Positions 17,488 through 28,124 are shown, counted from the stretch's first letter. The stretch: 64,000 nt of DNA from Patescibacteria group bacterium (GCA_026416845.1 JAOAEL010000003.1:5447-69446), one strand, 5' to 3'. Made by a program: numbers and translations. The notes: a model not told the origin generated them from the letters alone.

Positions 17488-18138
17488 TTATCTAAACAAA
17501 ATAATTGGCCACTCCCAAAGAAAATGGAGAAAAATTGGAGCGATAATATTTTTAGTCTTTGCAAAAACATAACTAGCGCCAACTCCAAAGACAAAAGTCA
17601 AAAACAAATAAGTCAAAGAGTCCATAAGGTTAAATTGCCACCACAAAAAACTCACAGGCAAATGCACTAAAGACCATAAAAAACTTGATAAAAGATTGGG
17701 AATCCAAATTCCACCCAAAGCATGTTTCAATCTGGTATAAACATACCCTCTAAACGCAATTTCTTCAGAAATTGCAGTTGCAACTGAAATAATCAAAGCA
17801 GTATAGAATTCTCCTCCAATATTCGCCCCAAAATGAACCCAGCGGTATTTGATGATGTTTATCAATAAACCAAAAATAGCAAACAAAACTCCCAACCCCA
17901 AAACCCAATAAATTGAAGCAAAAAGCCCTTTCCCCGAAATACCAATTGTGGAAATGCTCGATTTCTCTTTTCTAAGCAAAAAAAAGACAGGTATAAGCCA
18001 AATAATTGGCTTTAAAAATAATTCTTCGATATCTTCAGGAAGTTTGTACAAAAACCTGTAAATTCCCCAAACCAAAAAAAGATATGCAAAAAAATAAATT
18101 GCGTTTCTGAAAGCTGTTTCTTTTCTAGGCATAGTCAT
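17488..18138 (-). CDS. CPBP-family intramembrane metalloprotease (CAAX protease/Abi-like)
   Basis: Multi-TM protein with the three CPBP motifs: EEIAFRGYVY (EExxxR), FLWSLVHL (FxxxH), HFLWEW (HxxxN/D-like). Confidence 0.65.
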   Translation of the reverse strand: MTMPRKETAFRNAIYFFAYLFLVWGIYRFLYKLPEDIEELFLKPIIWLIPVFFLLRKEKSSISTIGISGKGLFASIYWVLGLGVLFAIFGLLINIIKYRWVHFGANIGGEFYTALIISVATAISEEIAFRGYVYTRLKHALGGIWIPNLLSSFLWSLVHLPVSFLWWQFNLMDSLTYLFLTFVFGVGASYVFAKTKNIIAPIFLHFLWEWPIILFR

Positions 18139-18181
18139 TTAAATTCTACAAAGATTTTCTTTTCAGCCAGTAATTTTTTAC

Positions 18182-18727
18182 TTAAGCTAGTTTTAGTCTT
18201 GCTCTTTTATCTTTATTTTGATGCAAATCTAACCTGCACTGCTCAAAAGCTTTATCCATCGCGCTAACAATCAATTTTATGCATTTTTTGGCTTGGGCAA
18301 AAGTAAGAATGTTCTGAGAGTTAGGAAACCAATGAAAAACCAAATTTCTGCCATGTTTCCAAGCATTCCACAAAGTATCAGGAAGTTTATTGCCCCCACA
18401 ATACAAAACTAAACGATCATACACACTTTCATCTTTTCTAAACCTGGGTTCAAGAGCTGGATTTAAAGCGCGACCAATGCGAAATTTTTTGCCATTAAAA
18501 TCCTCTTTTGAGATGAATCCTAAATCATAAAAAAGAGTTTTCAAAAACCCTTCATAAGCCTTGGCAGCCGGAAAGACAATAAAGGAGTAGTCATGAAAAG
18601 TGTTGCGCCACAACCTCACATGATAAACCAACAAAATAGATTCCCTAAGAAGTTCTTGCATCTCACGATCTAAATAATGCCACCAACGCTTATTCTCTAA
18701 TTCATTTTCTGTGATAAACACATGCAT
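18182..18727 (-). CDS. Hypothetical protein, possible HEPN-like domain
   Basis: 181 aa, helical. R-x4-H arrangement (WKHGRNLVFHW) near the end of the predicted helical bundle, as in HEPN RNase-like domains. Weak. Confidence 0.2.
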   Translation of the reverse strand: MHVFITENELENKRWWHYLDREMQELLRESILLVYHVRLWRNTFHDYSFIVFPAAKAYEGFLKTLFYDLGFISKEDFNGKKFRIGRALNPALEPRFRKDESVYDRLVLYCGGNKLPDTLWNAWKHGRNLVFHWFPNSQNILTFAQAKKCIKLIVSAMDKAFEQCRLDLHQNKDKRARLKLA

Positions 18728-18873
18728 ACTAAAAATTCTAACTTTTAGACAAGTTATGTATCAATCAGGAAATTATCAATTTGTTTCAAAATCTCTGCAC
18801 TTCAATCTGTTATACACTTATGACATTAAATTCGCATTATTTAAATAAAATCATTTAGAGTATACTACAATCC

Positions 18874-21186
18874 ATGATCCAAAAAGCCATCGACTCAGCA
18901 AAAAAAGCAAAATTAAGAAAGTTAAAAAAAAACGCAAGAATTGCTCACAAAGCAAAAGAAATAAACGCAAGCAAAGAAAATAACAAAAACAAAAAAATTG
19001 TATGGACAAAAACGCGCTTTACCAAATTTTTTATTTACTGGGGAGCTGTTGTTTGTTTTTTTGCGTGGTTGCTTTGGGATATTCCTCTTCCTTCAAAATT
19101 AGCAACCCAGCAAATTCCAGTATCAACAAAGATCTATGATAGAAATGGAGAACTGTTATACGAAATATACGCTGACAAAAAAAGCACCCCTTATAAACTA
19201 TCAGAAATTCCAAATCACGTTAAAAACGCGACTATTGCAATAGAAGACAAAGATTTTTATAAACATTCAGGTATTTCTATTGCGGGGATTGCGCGAGCAT
19301 TCTACAAAACAATTGTGGAAGGCAAAATACAAGGAGGATCTACACTTACCCAACAGCTTGTAAAAAATTCACTTTTAACTCCTGAAAGGACAATACGCAG
19401 AAAGATAAGAGAATTTCTGTTAACCCAAGTTGTAGAAATTGTCTACTCTAAAGATCAAATTTTAGAGATGTATTTGAATCAATCGCCATATGGAGGAACA
19501 GCATACGGAATAGGAGCCGCAGCTGAAACTTATTTTGGGAAAGCGCCTTCAGAACTCACTCTTGCAGAAGCAGCACTTTTAGCAGGGCTCCCTCAAGCTC
19601 CAACACGATACTCTCCTTTTGGAGCATATCCGGAGCTTGCAAATCAAAGACAGCAAAGTGTATTAAAACGCATGGTCGAAGATGGTTACATCACTCAGGA
19701 AGAGGCTGAAAATGCAGCCAATGAAAAACTAAATTACGTTGATAGAAGCACTTTTAAAGCCCCTCATTTTTCCTTGTGGATTAAAAGTTTGCTGGCAGAA
19801 AAATACGGAGAGGCTGTCGTGGAAAAGGGCGGACTCAGGGTAACTACCACTCTTGACTTATCTTTGCAAGAATTTGCGCAAAATGCTGTCGCCACTGAAG
19901 TGGCAAAGCTTGCCAAACAAAATGTTAAAAATGGAGCTGTAATTGTAACTCACCCTTCAACAGGACAAATACTTGCAATGGTAGGATCAAAGGACTACAA
20001 CGCAAAAGACGAAGATGGAAAAGTAAATGTAATCTTTTCAAAAAGACAACCGGGAAGCGCAATAAAACCGCTAAATTATGCACTTGCCATTGAAGACCGC
20101 AAAATCACCGCATCGACACCACTTGCAGATGTACCAACTTGTTTCTTGGTAACAGGACAGTCTCCTTATTGCCCGAAAAATTATGACGGCTCTTTTCACG
20201 GAGCCGTGCAAACCAGATTTGCGCTTGCAAATTCATACAATGTACCAGCAGTGCGAGTTTTAGCGTTAAACGGAATTGATAAATTTGTGGAATTTACCAA
20301 TAAAATGGGACTACAGACTTTATCAGACACATCAAGATACGGACTTTCACTAACACTTGGAGGCGGAGAAGTAAGGCCATACGATATGGCAGTTGCGTTT
20401 GGGGTTTTTGCCAATGGCGGAATTCTACAGCCACTAACAGGTATCTTAAAAGTTGAAGATTACAAAGGTAAAATTCTAGAAAAATTTGATATAAACAATA
20501 CTCTCTCCGGAGAAAGAATAATCTCTCCAGAAACAGCATTTATAATATCCCATATGCTACACGATAACGGCGCACGATCTGCAACATTTGGCTTAAATTC
20601 TTTTTTAAATGTGCGCGGGCACCCTGAAGTCTCTGTAAAAACTGGAACAACTAATGACCTAAAAGACAATTGGACTGTTGGATACACAGCGCATGCGGTA
20701 GTTGTAACTTGGGTAGGCAACAATGACTATTCCTCAATGAGCGGAACAATATCAGGAGTATCAGGTGCATCACCTATATGGAACACGGTAATTAAAAAAG
20801 TTCTCGAAAAAGCAGAAGAAGGTATTTACCACCCCAATGACCGTGGCCACGCTTGGCCTAAAAAGCCAAACGGTGTTGTTGGCGCAACCGTTTGTGCAAC
20901 AAACGGCAATAGAGTTTCCGACCCCAACTCGCTTGAATGCCCCACCAGGTTTGAATATTTCTTAAAAGAGAATGTTGGAGCCAACGTTCAAACAGGAAAC
21001 ATGGATATGTTAATAGATCAAAAAACAGGAGAAATTATTTATGAAGGCACACAATCACAAAACACAGAAATTCAAAATAAAAAATATCTTGTTGATCCTA
21101 TTGGTACAATTGTATGCTTAGAATGTCCAATATCGAAAAAATTTGTCGAAAAAATAAAATATCCAATAAGTATCAAAAATCGCTAA
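18874..21186 (+). CDS. mrcA: Class A penicillin-binding protein (PBP1A: GT51 transglycosylase plus transpeptidase)
   Basis: N-terminal TM anchor. GT51 motifs IAIEDKDFYKHSGI (EDxxFxxHxG) and RKIREFLL. Transpeptidase SxxK (SGSAIKP), SxN (ANSYNVPA) and KTG (VKTGTT). Confidence 0.85.
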   Translation: MIQKAIDSAKKAKLRKLKKNARIAHKAKEINASKENNKNKKIVWTKTRFTKFFIYWGAVVCFFAWLLWDIPLPSKLATQQIPVSTKIYDRNGELLYEIYADKKSTPYKLSEIPNHVKNATIAIEDKDFYKHSGISIAGIARAFYKTIVEGKIQGGSTLTQQLVKNSLLTPERTIRRKIREFLLTQVVEIVYSKDQILEMYLNQSPYGGTAYGIGAAAETYFGKAPSELTLAEAALLAGLPQAPTRYSPFGAYPELANQRQQSVLKRMVEDGYITQEEAENAANEKLNYVDRSTFKAPHFSLWIKSLLAEKYGEAVVEKGGLRVTTTLDLSLQEFAQNAVATEVAKLAKQNVKNGAVIVTHPSTGQILAMVGSKDYNAKDEDGKVNVIFSKRQPGSAIKPLNYALAIEDRKITASTPLADVPTCFLVTGQSPYCPKNYDGSFHGAVQTRFALANSYNVPAVRVLALNGIDKFVEFTNKMGLQTLSDTSRYGLSLTLGGGEVRPYDMAVAFGVFANGGILQPLTGILKVEDYKGKILEKFDINNTLSGERIISPETAFIISHMLHDNGARSATFGLNSFLNVRGHPEVSVKTGTTNDLKDNWTVGYTAHAVVVTWVGNNDYSSMSGTISGVSGASPIWNTVIKKVLEKAEEGIYHPNDRGHAWPKKPNGVVGATVCATNGNRVSDPNSLECPTRFEYFLKENVGANVQTGNMDMLIDQKTGEIIYEGTQSQNTEIQNKKYLVDPIGTIVCLECPISKKFVEKIKYPISIKNR

Positions 21187-21314
21187 TTACCAATATGTTT
21201 TTAAGTTTTAAATAGAGCATGCTCGCTTTTCTTTGTTATAGCAGTAAAAAAATTCAAACTTGTATTTCATTTGTTGAATAAAAAAACTTGATTCTATAAA
21301 ATTAAAAAGACCAA

Positions 21315-21758
21315 ATGAAAAACAAAAAATTTCTTATATATTCATTCTCAACATTAACATTATTAATCATTATATTGACAAGTGTTTACATTGGAATTTT
21401 CTTTAAAAAAGAAATACAAGATGTTAACAATAACAAAGAAAATTACAGTTATCAGCCAACAATACAAAATCAAACAAATTCAAATCCAGAAAACATGCCA
21501 AATATTCCACAAAATGATCCTGTAGATTTTCCATTAACAGGTATTATTAAAAGTTCAAATAATTTGAAAAATTATTATTTGGACCTCAGAAACGGCAAAA
21601 TAATAAATCTTAAAATTAAAAATGAAACTTTATCTTTATCAAAATTGGCAAACAAAAAAGTGCTTATAACAGCTCCAGTCGATTTGTCAACTAATACAAT
21701 CGAAATTCAGGATATTTCTCAAATTACAATATTGCCAGATTTTGATGAAAAAAACTAA
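21315..21758 (+). CDS. Secreted/membrane-anchored hypothetical protein
   Basis: 147 aa, N-terminal signal/anchor (FLIYSFSTLTLLIIILTSVYIGIFF), N/Q-rich linker, small C-terminal beta-rich domain. Confidence 0.3.
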   Translation: MKNKKFLIYSFSTLTLLIIILTSVYIGIFFKKEIQDVNNNKENYSYQPTIQNQTNSNPENMPNIPQNDPVDFPLTGIIKSSNNLKNYYLDLRNGKIINLKIKNETLSLSKLANKKVLITAPVDLSTNTIEIQDISQITILPDFDEKN

Positions 21759-21838
21759 AATAAGTTTTAAATTTAAATTCAAAAAATTTAATCTTTTTAA
21801 ATTTATCGAAACATTAAATTAAATTAACAAAATAAAAA

Positions 21839-22963
21839 TCAATTAACCATGTTTTCGTAAACTATTTTAGATATCTCAGGAACTGCCAAATCTGCTTCGC
21901 GTTCTACAATCCCCTTGCTCATAATAACAATTACGTAAGGTAATCTCGCATAAACGATACCTGCATCATTTACAACGTGCAATTCTCTACCATATTTGTG
22001 AGAAGCTTTAACACTTTCGGGCAAACCAGCTGATATCCAAGCTTCATAAATTGTATCTGTAAGAAATAAGAGCATTTCCTCTGTATTTTTTTTATTTAAA
22101 ATGTTTCCTTTCCATAAACTTTCAAAAAACACCCCTATATCTTCCGGAGTGGTCATGTTATCATCAAAATTGGTATTTTTCATACCACTTTTTAGAATCA
22201 TTTCTCTTACTTTTGTAACACCCACCGTCTTGATACCAATAATATAAGCAGTGTTGTCTGATTGTTTGCCCATAGCAGAAATAATATTTCTATAAGTAAT
22301 TTGATAACCAACTGGCTTTCCCACCAAACTTCCAGAACCTCCAACTTTGTCAGATTGCATAAGGACATATTTACTATCTAAATCAATCTTGCCTTTTTCA
22401 CTTTCTAAATACATAGCCGCCATAACAGGAAGCTTCATCAAAGATGCTGCTTGAAATTTCTCAGTATGATTTATACCAAAACTAAAACCACTTGTAAGAT
22501 TAATCACATAAACACCATACACTCCATTTAATCTTTTGGTGATTTTTTTAATTTCAGAAATAATTTCGTCAGCTTTTTCTTTGTCTTTTTTTCTGCTATC
22601 TAAAACAATAGTTTCTTCGCTAACAAAAGGCATAGATATATCGGGTGGCTGAACGCGCGGAGCGTTCGCCAATTTCCAAGACCGCGAATGCAAAGCAAAA
22701 ATAACCGATAACCCCGCTGTAACAAATAAAGCAGTCATAACCACTATCCTTTCTTTTGTCCCCCATTCTTTTTTTGGTTCCCTTCGTTTTCTTTTATTGT
22801 GAGGGTTTAAGTCTTTAAAATCAGAGTCTTTTACTCTAAAAGAGCTTTTCTTAAAACCTTGCGATTTGTTTTCTTCCCTATCATCAGCTTCGCTATCTGA
22901 TTTTATATCAATTTGCTTTTTTAGCTTATTTTTACTATGATTTCCTTTGCCAAAGAAAAACAT
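21839..22963 (-). CDS. Class A beta-lactamase-like serine hydrolase (PBP-type fold) with disordered basic N-terminal extension and TM anchor
   Basis: SxxK (AASLMK), SDN (QSDNTAYI) and KTG-like (IKTVGVT) elements of the class A beta-lactamase/LMW-PBP fold. N-terminal ~70 aa K/E/D-rich, then a TM helix (IVVMTALFVTAGLSVIFAL). Confidence 0.5.
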   Translation of the reverse strand: MFFFGKGNHSKNKLKKQIDIKSDSEADDREENKSQGFKKSSFRVKDSDFKDLNPHNKRKRREPKKEWGTKERIVVMTALFVTAGLSVIFALHSRSWKLANAPRVQPPDISMPFVSEETIVLDSRKKDKEKADEIISEIKKITKRLNGVYGVYVINLTSGFSFGINHTEKFQAASLMKLPVMAAMYLESEKGKIDLDSKYVLMQSDKVGGSGSLVGKPVGYQITYRNIISAMGKQSDNTAYIIGIKTVGVTKVREMILKSGMKNTNFDDNMTTPEDIGVFFESLWKGNILNKKNTEEMLLFLTDTIYEAWISAGLPESVKASHKYGRELHVVNDAGIVYARLPYVIVIMSKGIVEREADLAVPEISKIVYENMVN

Positions 22964-23095
22964 ATAACAATTATACTAAATAAATCATCTTCAAATGAAA
23001 TGGGAAAGACAAGTCCGGAACAAAAAACCCAAGCCTATTACAACAAATTGACAAAATAGAGCAAAAGACATATATCAAATCAAATAAATACTGAA

Positions 23096-24370
23096 ATGTG
23101 GGTAACATTAAGTCAAGAAGCGTGGGAAACATTAACTCAATATGTAACAAAAAATTTTGAAACTAATCGTCCAGTCGAAGAAATAGTAGAATGTATTCTC
23201 GTACAATTAGCAATAGCAAGACAGCAAAGATCAATTATAGAAAAGACTCTAAGAGAGGCTCAAACACCAATTGAGATAATCGAAGCATTGAAAGCCTATG
23301 GAAATTGGTACCAAAGATACCCAAAGATTAAATTAACTGAAGGCCCTTTTAAAAAATGGGAATATAAAATTAGCTCTTGGAATTCACCACGTCTTGCTTG
23401 CCAAAAAATAGTCGATATGTTGATTTTGTATGATGGAAAGATAAATCAAGATCTCATCAATGTAGTAACATCAGAATTAGTTAATATTAGAAACAAAGGC
23501 GACAAAGAATTCTCAGAAATTTTCTTAAAAAATCTGCTATTTCATTCTTGTTTTGATAAAGATCACAAAGATGTTAAAAAACAGGAAGCCGCTTTGGCAT
23601 TGTGTGATGAATTAATAAAAAATGGATTAGCTCCTGCCAGTTTTTATTACAAACAAACAAGCAGTTATCCTTTATCTGGAAACTTATTATTCCTTTATAA
23701 ACTTTATGAAGGCTTATCAGGACAAGGAATCTGTGAAAATCCTAGTGAATACATACCAGAAAACGAAACGCCCGAAGTACTTTTTGATATTGCTACAAAA
23801 ATCGTGTATCAGGTAATAGAAAAAATAAACAAATCAGAGAGAATAATTAACATCCTAAAACCAAAGGAGGGAATAGGCTCTGTCCCATACACTGATTTTA
23901 TCAAATTAGCCAACCGCATAATTCAACTCTATCAAGGACAAGAATTGCATACAGGCATTAAATTTGAGACGCTAAATGAACAATCTTTAGATGATCTCCC
24001 TCAAGCTTTTCTCCGAATTATGCATTTTGCAACGCTTGTAAATAAGGAAACAACACAAGAAGCTAAAAACGAAAACGAATTAGAAAATCAAGGTCGTCTA
24101 GACTATTCAGACTACATTGATCTTGCTCTGCTAATTTGCGAGGAAGCGCTTGCAAGAAAAAACGCTCAGAAAGTCCTGACAATAGGAGATATAGCAATGC
24201 TATACCCCACCGCAAGTTCAAAGGAATTGCAAACAATCATAGAAAAATTACAACAAAATAACCAAGGACAAATGCCTTCTTTGGGAAAATTTCTTAGAGA
24301 AAAACAAGAACAAGGATCGCTAACACCTGGGTATAGAGTATTTAAACCGGGTTATGGAGCGAGCAGTTAA
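23096..24370 (+). CDS. Hypothetical cytoplasmic all-helical protein
   Basis: 424 aa, no signal peptide, no recognised motif. Confidence 0.3.
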   Translation: MWVTLSQEAWETLTQYVTKNFETNRPVEEIVECILVQLAIARQQRSIIEKTLREAQTPIEIIEALKAYGNWYQRYPKIKLTEGPFKKWEYKISSWNSPRLACQKIVDMLILYDGKINQDLINVVTSELVNIRNKGDKEFSEIFLKNLLFHSCFDKDHKDVKKQEAALALCDELIKNGLAPASFYYKQTSSYPLSGNLLFLYKLYEGLSGQGICENPSEYIPENETPEVLFDIATKIVYQVIEKINKSERIINILKPKEGIGSVPYTDFIKLANRIIQLYQGQELHTGIKFETLNEQSLDDLPQAFLRIMHFATLVNKETTQEAKNENELENQGRLDYSDYIDLALLICEEALARKNAQKVLTIGDIAMLYPTASSKELQTIIEKLQQNNQGQMPSLGKFLREKQEQGSLTPGYRVFKPGYGASS

Positions 24371-24394
24371 AAAAACCTAAAAAGAAAAAACAAA

Positions 24395-25384
24395 TCAGCT
24401 TTTTCTTTTGTCCCACACTTGCTTGTTCACAATGTTAGATGGCATTTTGCCTTCTAAAAAATCATTAATCGCGACCACCGCCAACTCTCCCATTTTTTCC
24501 CGAGCCTCGTATGTAGCAGATGCTATATGGGGAGTTAAAATCACATTTTCCATAGCAACTAATTCAGGGTTTATATTTGGTTCGTTTTCAAAAACATCAA
24601 GTCCTGCCCCCCCTAAATGCCCTTGCCTAAGAGCGTCAACCAAAGCTTGCTCGTGCACCACAGAACCTCTTGCTGTATTTACCAGAATTGCTCCTTTTTT
24701 CATTTTGTAAATAGTGTCATAGTTGATAAGATGATGAGTTTCTTTTGTCAATGGAACGTTAAGAGACACAAAATCGCTTTGAGAAAGAAGACTTTCTAAA
24801 CTTTCAGCATATTCCACTCCCAGCTCTGATTCCGCTTTCTGATCGCGAGAACGATTGTAGTAAAGAACTTTCATTTGAAAGCCTTGAGCTCGCCTTGCCA
24901 CCATACTTCCTATTCTGCCCATGCCAACTATTCCTAATGTTTTGCCTATAAAAGTGTGGCCCAAGAAAACGCTTGGCTCCCAGCCTTTGTAAGCGCCCTG
25001 TCTTGTAGCTTGATCCGCTTCAACCACACGCCGAGCTAAACTCATCATCAGACACCAAGTTAATTCTGCCACCGATTCGTTCACTTCGTCGCAAGGAGTA
25101 TTTGTAACTACAATTCCGCGTTTGGTCATCGCCTCAACGTCAATATTGTCATAACCAACAGCATAATTAGAAATCATCCTAAGCTGTGGGCCAATTGCAT
25201 CTGCCACTTCTGCAGTAATTTTGTCAGTCAAAAGAGTTAAAAGGATATCAGACCCCGCGCCCATTTCTAAAAGTTCAGACGCGCTAAGCGGCCTATCATA
25301 AGGAGAGACTACTACCTCTCGCCCGCCACCATTAAGCCAATGCAATTTTGAAGTGGGAATATTTCTGGTAACAAAAATCTTCAC
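24395..25384 (-). CDS. D-isomer-specific 2-hydroxyacid dehydrogenase (glyoxylate/hydroxypyruvate reductase or PGDH-like)
   Basis: NAD-binding GIVGMGRIGSMVARRA (GxGxxG) and the catalytic R/E/H arrangement (NTARG, ...E..., H in TPHIASAT) typical of the family. Confidence 0.75.
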   Translation of the reverse strand: MKIFVTRNIPTSKLHWLNGGGREVVVSPYDRPLSASELLEMGAGSDILLTLLTDKITAEVADAIGPQLRMISNYAVGYDNIDVEAMTKRGIVVTNTPCDEVNESVAELTWCLMMSLARRVVEADQATRQGAYKGWEPSVFLGHTFIGKTLGIVGMGRIGSMVARRAQGFQMKVLYYNRSRDQKAESELGVEYAESLESLLSQSDFVSLNVPLTKETHHLINYDTIYKMKKGAILVNTARGSVVHEQALVDALRQGHLGGAGLDVFENEPNINPELVAMENVILTPHIASATYEAREKMGELAVVAINDFLEGKMPSNIVNKQVWDKRKS

Positions 25385-25962
25385 AATTTAAATATAAGTT
25401 GAAAAATCGCTAAAGCGCAATAACGAATTTTATGTAATTAAAACAGATCTCTTCAAAATCACTCGCTAATATCAAAAAATCTCTGCCATTGGTGCATAAT
25501 GTATACACTAAAAATTTTCTAGGTATAAATACGCAAAACCTCACTCTCGTGAGCCAACTAGACTAATAGGCATATCGTTAGGCATATTGTGCGTTTTAAA
25601 TCGAAAAATTCGGCTAAGCCAAAATTTTGCAAAAGCTCAGTTAGAAATCAAATGTACCTGTTTCACAAAGTAACAGTAAATATATATAAAAATATAAAGA
25701 CAAATTAATTCTTTTATTTAAACCACCCACTCCACATTATTATTTGAACTTGCCCAATTGTCAAAATGATAATTAATTTAGCCACAAACAAATCATACTA
25801 AATGTTTGTTTAAATATCCCATTACATATAAATAAGACACATACATCAAAGCTCAAATTAGATTCATCACATAACTTAATTCTTTAGCAAGAATGTTTTG
25901 TGGGGAAGCATTAATAAAAACAGTTTCAATCACTTTTTGGTTATCCAGACTAATGCCACAAA

Positions 25963-26967
25963 CTACAAGTTGACCAATAAAGCATCTTTATCAATCTTAT
26001 CAAGCCAATCTCTCAATTGATTCTCGTAAAGAAGACCTCTTTGTGGACCAACAAAACCAATTTTAGATGCCGCGTTTACTGTTCCCCAAATCATCCCTTC
26101 CTGCAAACTTTTGCCTTTAATTAGGGCGGCAATACAACCTGAAGAATAAGAATCTCCAGCTCCGGTTTTTTCACAAACATCTACAGGCAAAATTCCACAT
26201 TTATAGTACCCATTGGCGTTTCTTGCATATGAACCATTTGCACCATCAGTAACAATAACATTTTTAGGACCCAGTGCGTATAAATCATCCAAAAGCTGTT
26301 TCTCTTCCCCATACGAATTGTTGTCAAACTCGCATATCTCCTGAGCCTCTTCACGATTTACTATCAGAATCTCGCATTTTTCCAAAAACCGCAAAAGCCA
26401 TGCTTTGCCTTTTTTTATTTGTCTTCCTCCGGGATTGAAAACCAACTTTGTGTCATTTTTAGAAAGCCAAAGATACACATCTTCAAAAAAATCTTCAAAA
26501 TTTTCTCCTATTGAAGTTAAATAAGCCCATTTTGCAGATGGCAAATCAGTTGGAAAAGGAGGCCTTTGAGGAGGATAGTACGAAAGTATGGTGCGTTCTC
26601 CTTGATAATTGATCACAGCGCCAAACCCTTCGGGAACTCCTTTCGTTTGGGTAACATATTTCATGTTTATCCCTTCAGAAACTAAAGTTTTGGCGGCGAA
26701 ATCAGCCATCATTCCACATCCAAGTTCGGCAACCAAATAATTATCTATTCCAAGCCTTTTTGTGCCAACAGCGACATTCGCGCCATTGCCGCCAAGCAAA
26801 TATGTCGCGCTTTTTAGCGAAATTTTTGCAGCGTATGTAAGTTTGATAAAACAATCCTTGCTATCAAGCGAACACTCCTGCTCCGCTTTGTCAGGAGGAA
26901 CTTCCAAAAAAGCGTCTACCCTTGCAGAACCAAAAACAACAAGCTCAGCCATGTAAATATTAAACAA
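25963..26967 (-). CDS. PfkB-family carbohydrate kinase (ribokinase-like)
   Basis: N-terminal GG (LGGNGANVAVG) and C-terminal anion-hole motif KTGAGDSYSSG (DTxGAGD). Confidence 0.65.
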   Translation of the reverse strand: MFNIYMAELVVFGSARVDAFLEVPPDKAEQECSLDSKDCFIKLTYAAKISLKSATYLLGGNGANVAVGTKRLGIDNYLVAELGCGMMADFAAKTLVSEGINMKYVTQTKGVPEGFGAVINYQGERTILSYYPPQRPPFPTDLPSAKWAYLTSIGENFEDFFEDVYLWLSKNDTKLVFNPGGRQIKKGKAWLLRFLEKCEILIVNREEAQEICEFDNNSYGEEKQLLDDLYALGPKNVIVTDGANGSYARNANGYYKCGILPVDVCEKTGAGDSYSSGCIAALIKGKSLQEGMIWGTVNAASKIGFVGPQRGLLYENQLRDWLDKIDKDALLVNL

Positions 26968-27074
26968 TGCATACTATTTCGTCTTTTATAATTGCAATTT
27001 CAAAAAAATCTTAGTTAACCTCTGCTAATAATAATCTTTGATCAAATAAACACAGCCATTTTAGTCTTTGCAAC

Positions 27075-28070
27075 CTAAATTTCCACAACTTCCACACCAC
27101 TACTTTTTGCCCTCTCGAGCCAAGTAATCATGTCACGTTCGTTTAAAAGTCCTTTTTGCGCGCCAACATATCCAATCACAGATGCCGAATTAACAGTTCC
27201 CCACAAAAGAGCTTCAGAAAAACTTTTGCCTCTTATAATCGCTGACAAACATCCGCTACCAAAAGCGTCACCAGCTCCTGTTCTTTCATAAGATTCGACC
27301 GGTAGAATTCCAACCTTCAAGTATTTCAATCCATCAAAAGCAAATGCTCCATTTGATCCATCTGTGATAACAGCAGTTCTGGGCCCAAGTTTTGTCAAAG
27401 CCAAAAGCAAATTTTTCTCATTACCATATGTATCGATAAGAGATGTTAATTTTTGAGCTTCTTCGCGATTCACATATATTAATTCACATCTTTCAAGAAT
27501 CGGCTTTATAACACTTATGTCTACCCTTAATTGTCTGCTACCGGGATTAAAAGCAAGTTTTACATTGGGATGTTTTACAAGCCAGTTTAAAAAATGATTG
27601 TAAAAAGGGGTAAAAGTCTCACCCATTGAAGTTAGATATACCCAAGCCACATCAGGAAGAGCAACAGGAAATTCATACGAGCGCGGAGCGTGATATGAAA
27701 ATATTGTCCTTTCCCCACAATAGTTAATTATTGTTGAATAATTAGTGCCAGCCGTTGGTTGCTGAATAACATAAGTTTGATCAACTTTCTCCCGATCCAA
27801 AATTTCAACTACTTGATTGCCTATAAGATCGCCACCCAATGTCGCCACAAGAGCGGTTTTTACTCCAAGTCGAGTTGTGCCAACCGCATTATTGGCAGCA
27901 TTACCTCCAAGACAAAATTCCAAATTCTTAACAGGTATTTTGTCTCCGTACGAAAAACAAATAAAACATTCTTTTGAATTTAATTGACACAAAGTATCAG
28001 TTTCCTCAGGCAACATAAACACATCCATAGAAACATCTCCAATTGTCAACAAATCAAACTTTTGATTCAT
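27075..28070 (-). CDS. PfkB-family carbohydrate kinase (ribokinase-like), paralog of 25963-26967
   Basis: LGGNAANNAVG and RTGAGDAFGSG motifs. Same architecture as the neighbour: a tandem paralog pair. Confidence 0.65.
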   Translation of the reverse strand: MNQKFDLLTIGDVSMDVFMLPEETDTLCQLNSKECFICFSYGDKIPVKNLEFCLGGNAANNAVGTTRLGVKTALVATLGGDLIGNQVVEILDREKVDQTYVIQQPTAGTNYSTIINYCGERTIFSYHAPRSYEFPVALPDVAWVYLTSMGETFTPFYNHFLNWLVKHPNVKLAFNPGSRQLRVDISVIKPILERCELIYVNREEAQKLTSLIDTYGNEKNLLLALTKLGPRTAVITDGSNGAFAFDGLKYLKVGILPVESYERTGAGDAFGSGCLSAIIRGKSFSEALLWGTVNSASVIGYVGAQKGLLNERDMITWLERAKSSGVEVVEI

Positions 28071-28124
28071 TTTTTATATTTTAAAATTTAATCAAAAAAT
28101 AAACGATCCTAATACAATAAGGTG

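Noticed and set aside
21215-21235. Palindrome GAGCATGCTC followed by a T-run after PBP1A, as a possible terminator
   Set aside because: The stem would have a 2-nt loop or less and is therefore not a credible hairpin. It is too weak to call by eye.
24378-24413. A/T-only inverted repeat (AAAGAAAAA ... TTTTTCTTT) between convergent genes, as a possible bidirectional terminator
   Set aside because: The stem consists only of A-T pairs, so it has very low stability and is indistinguishable from background in an AT-rich genome.
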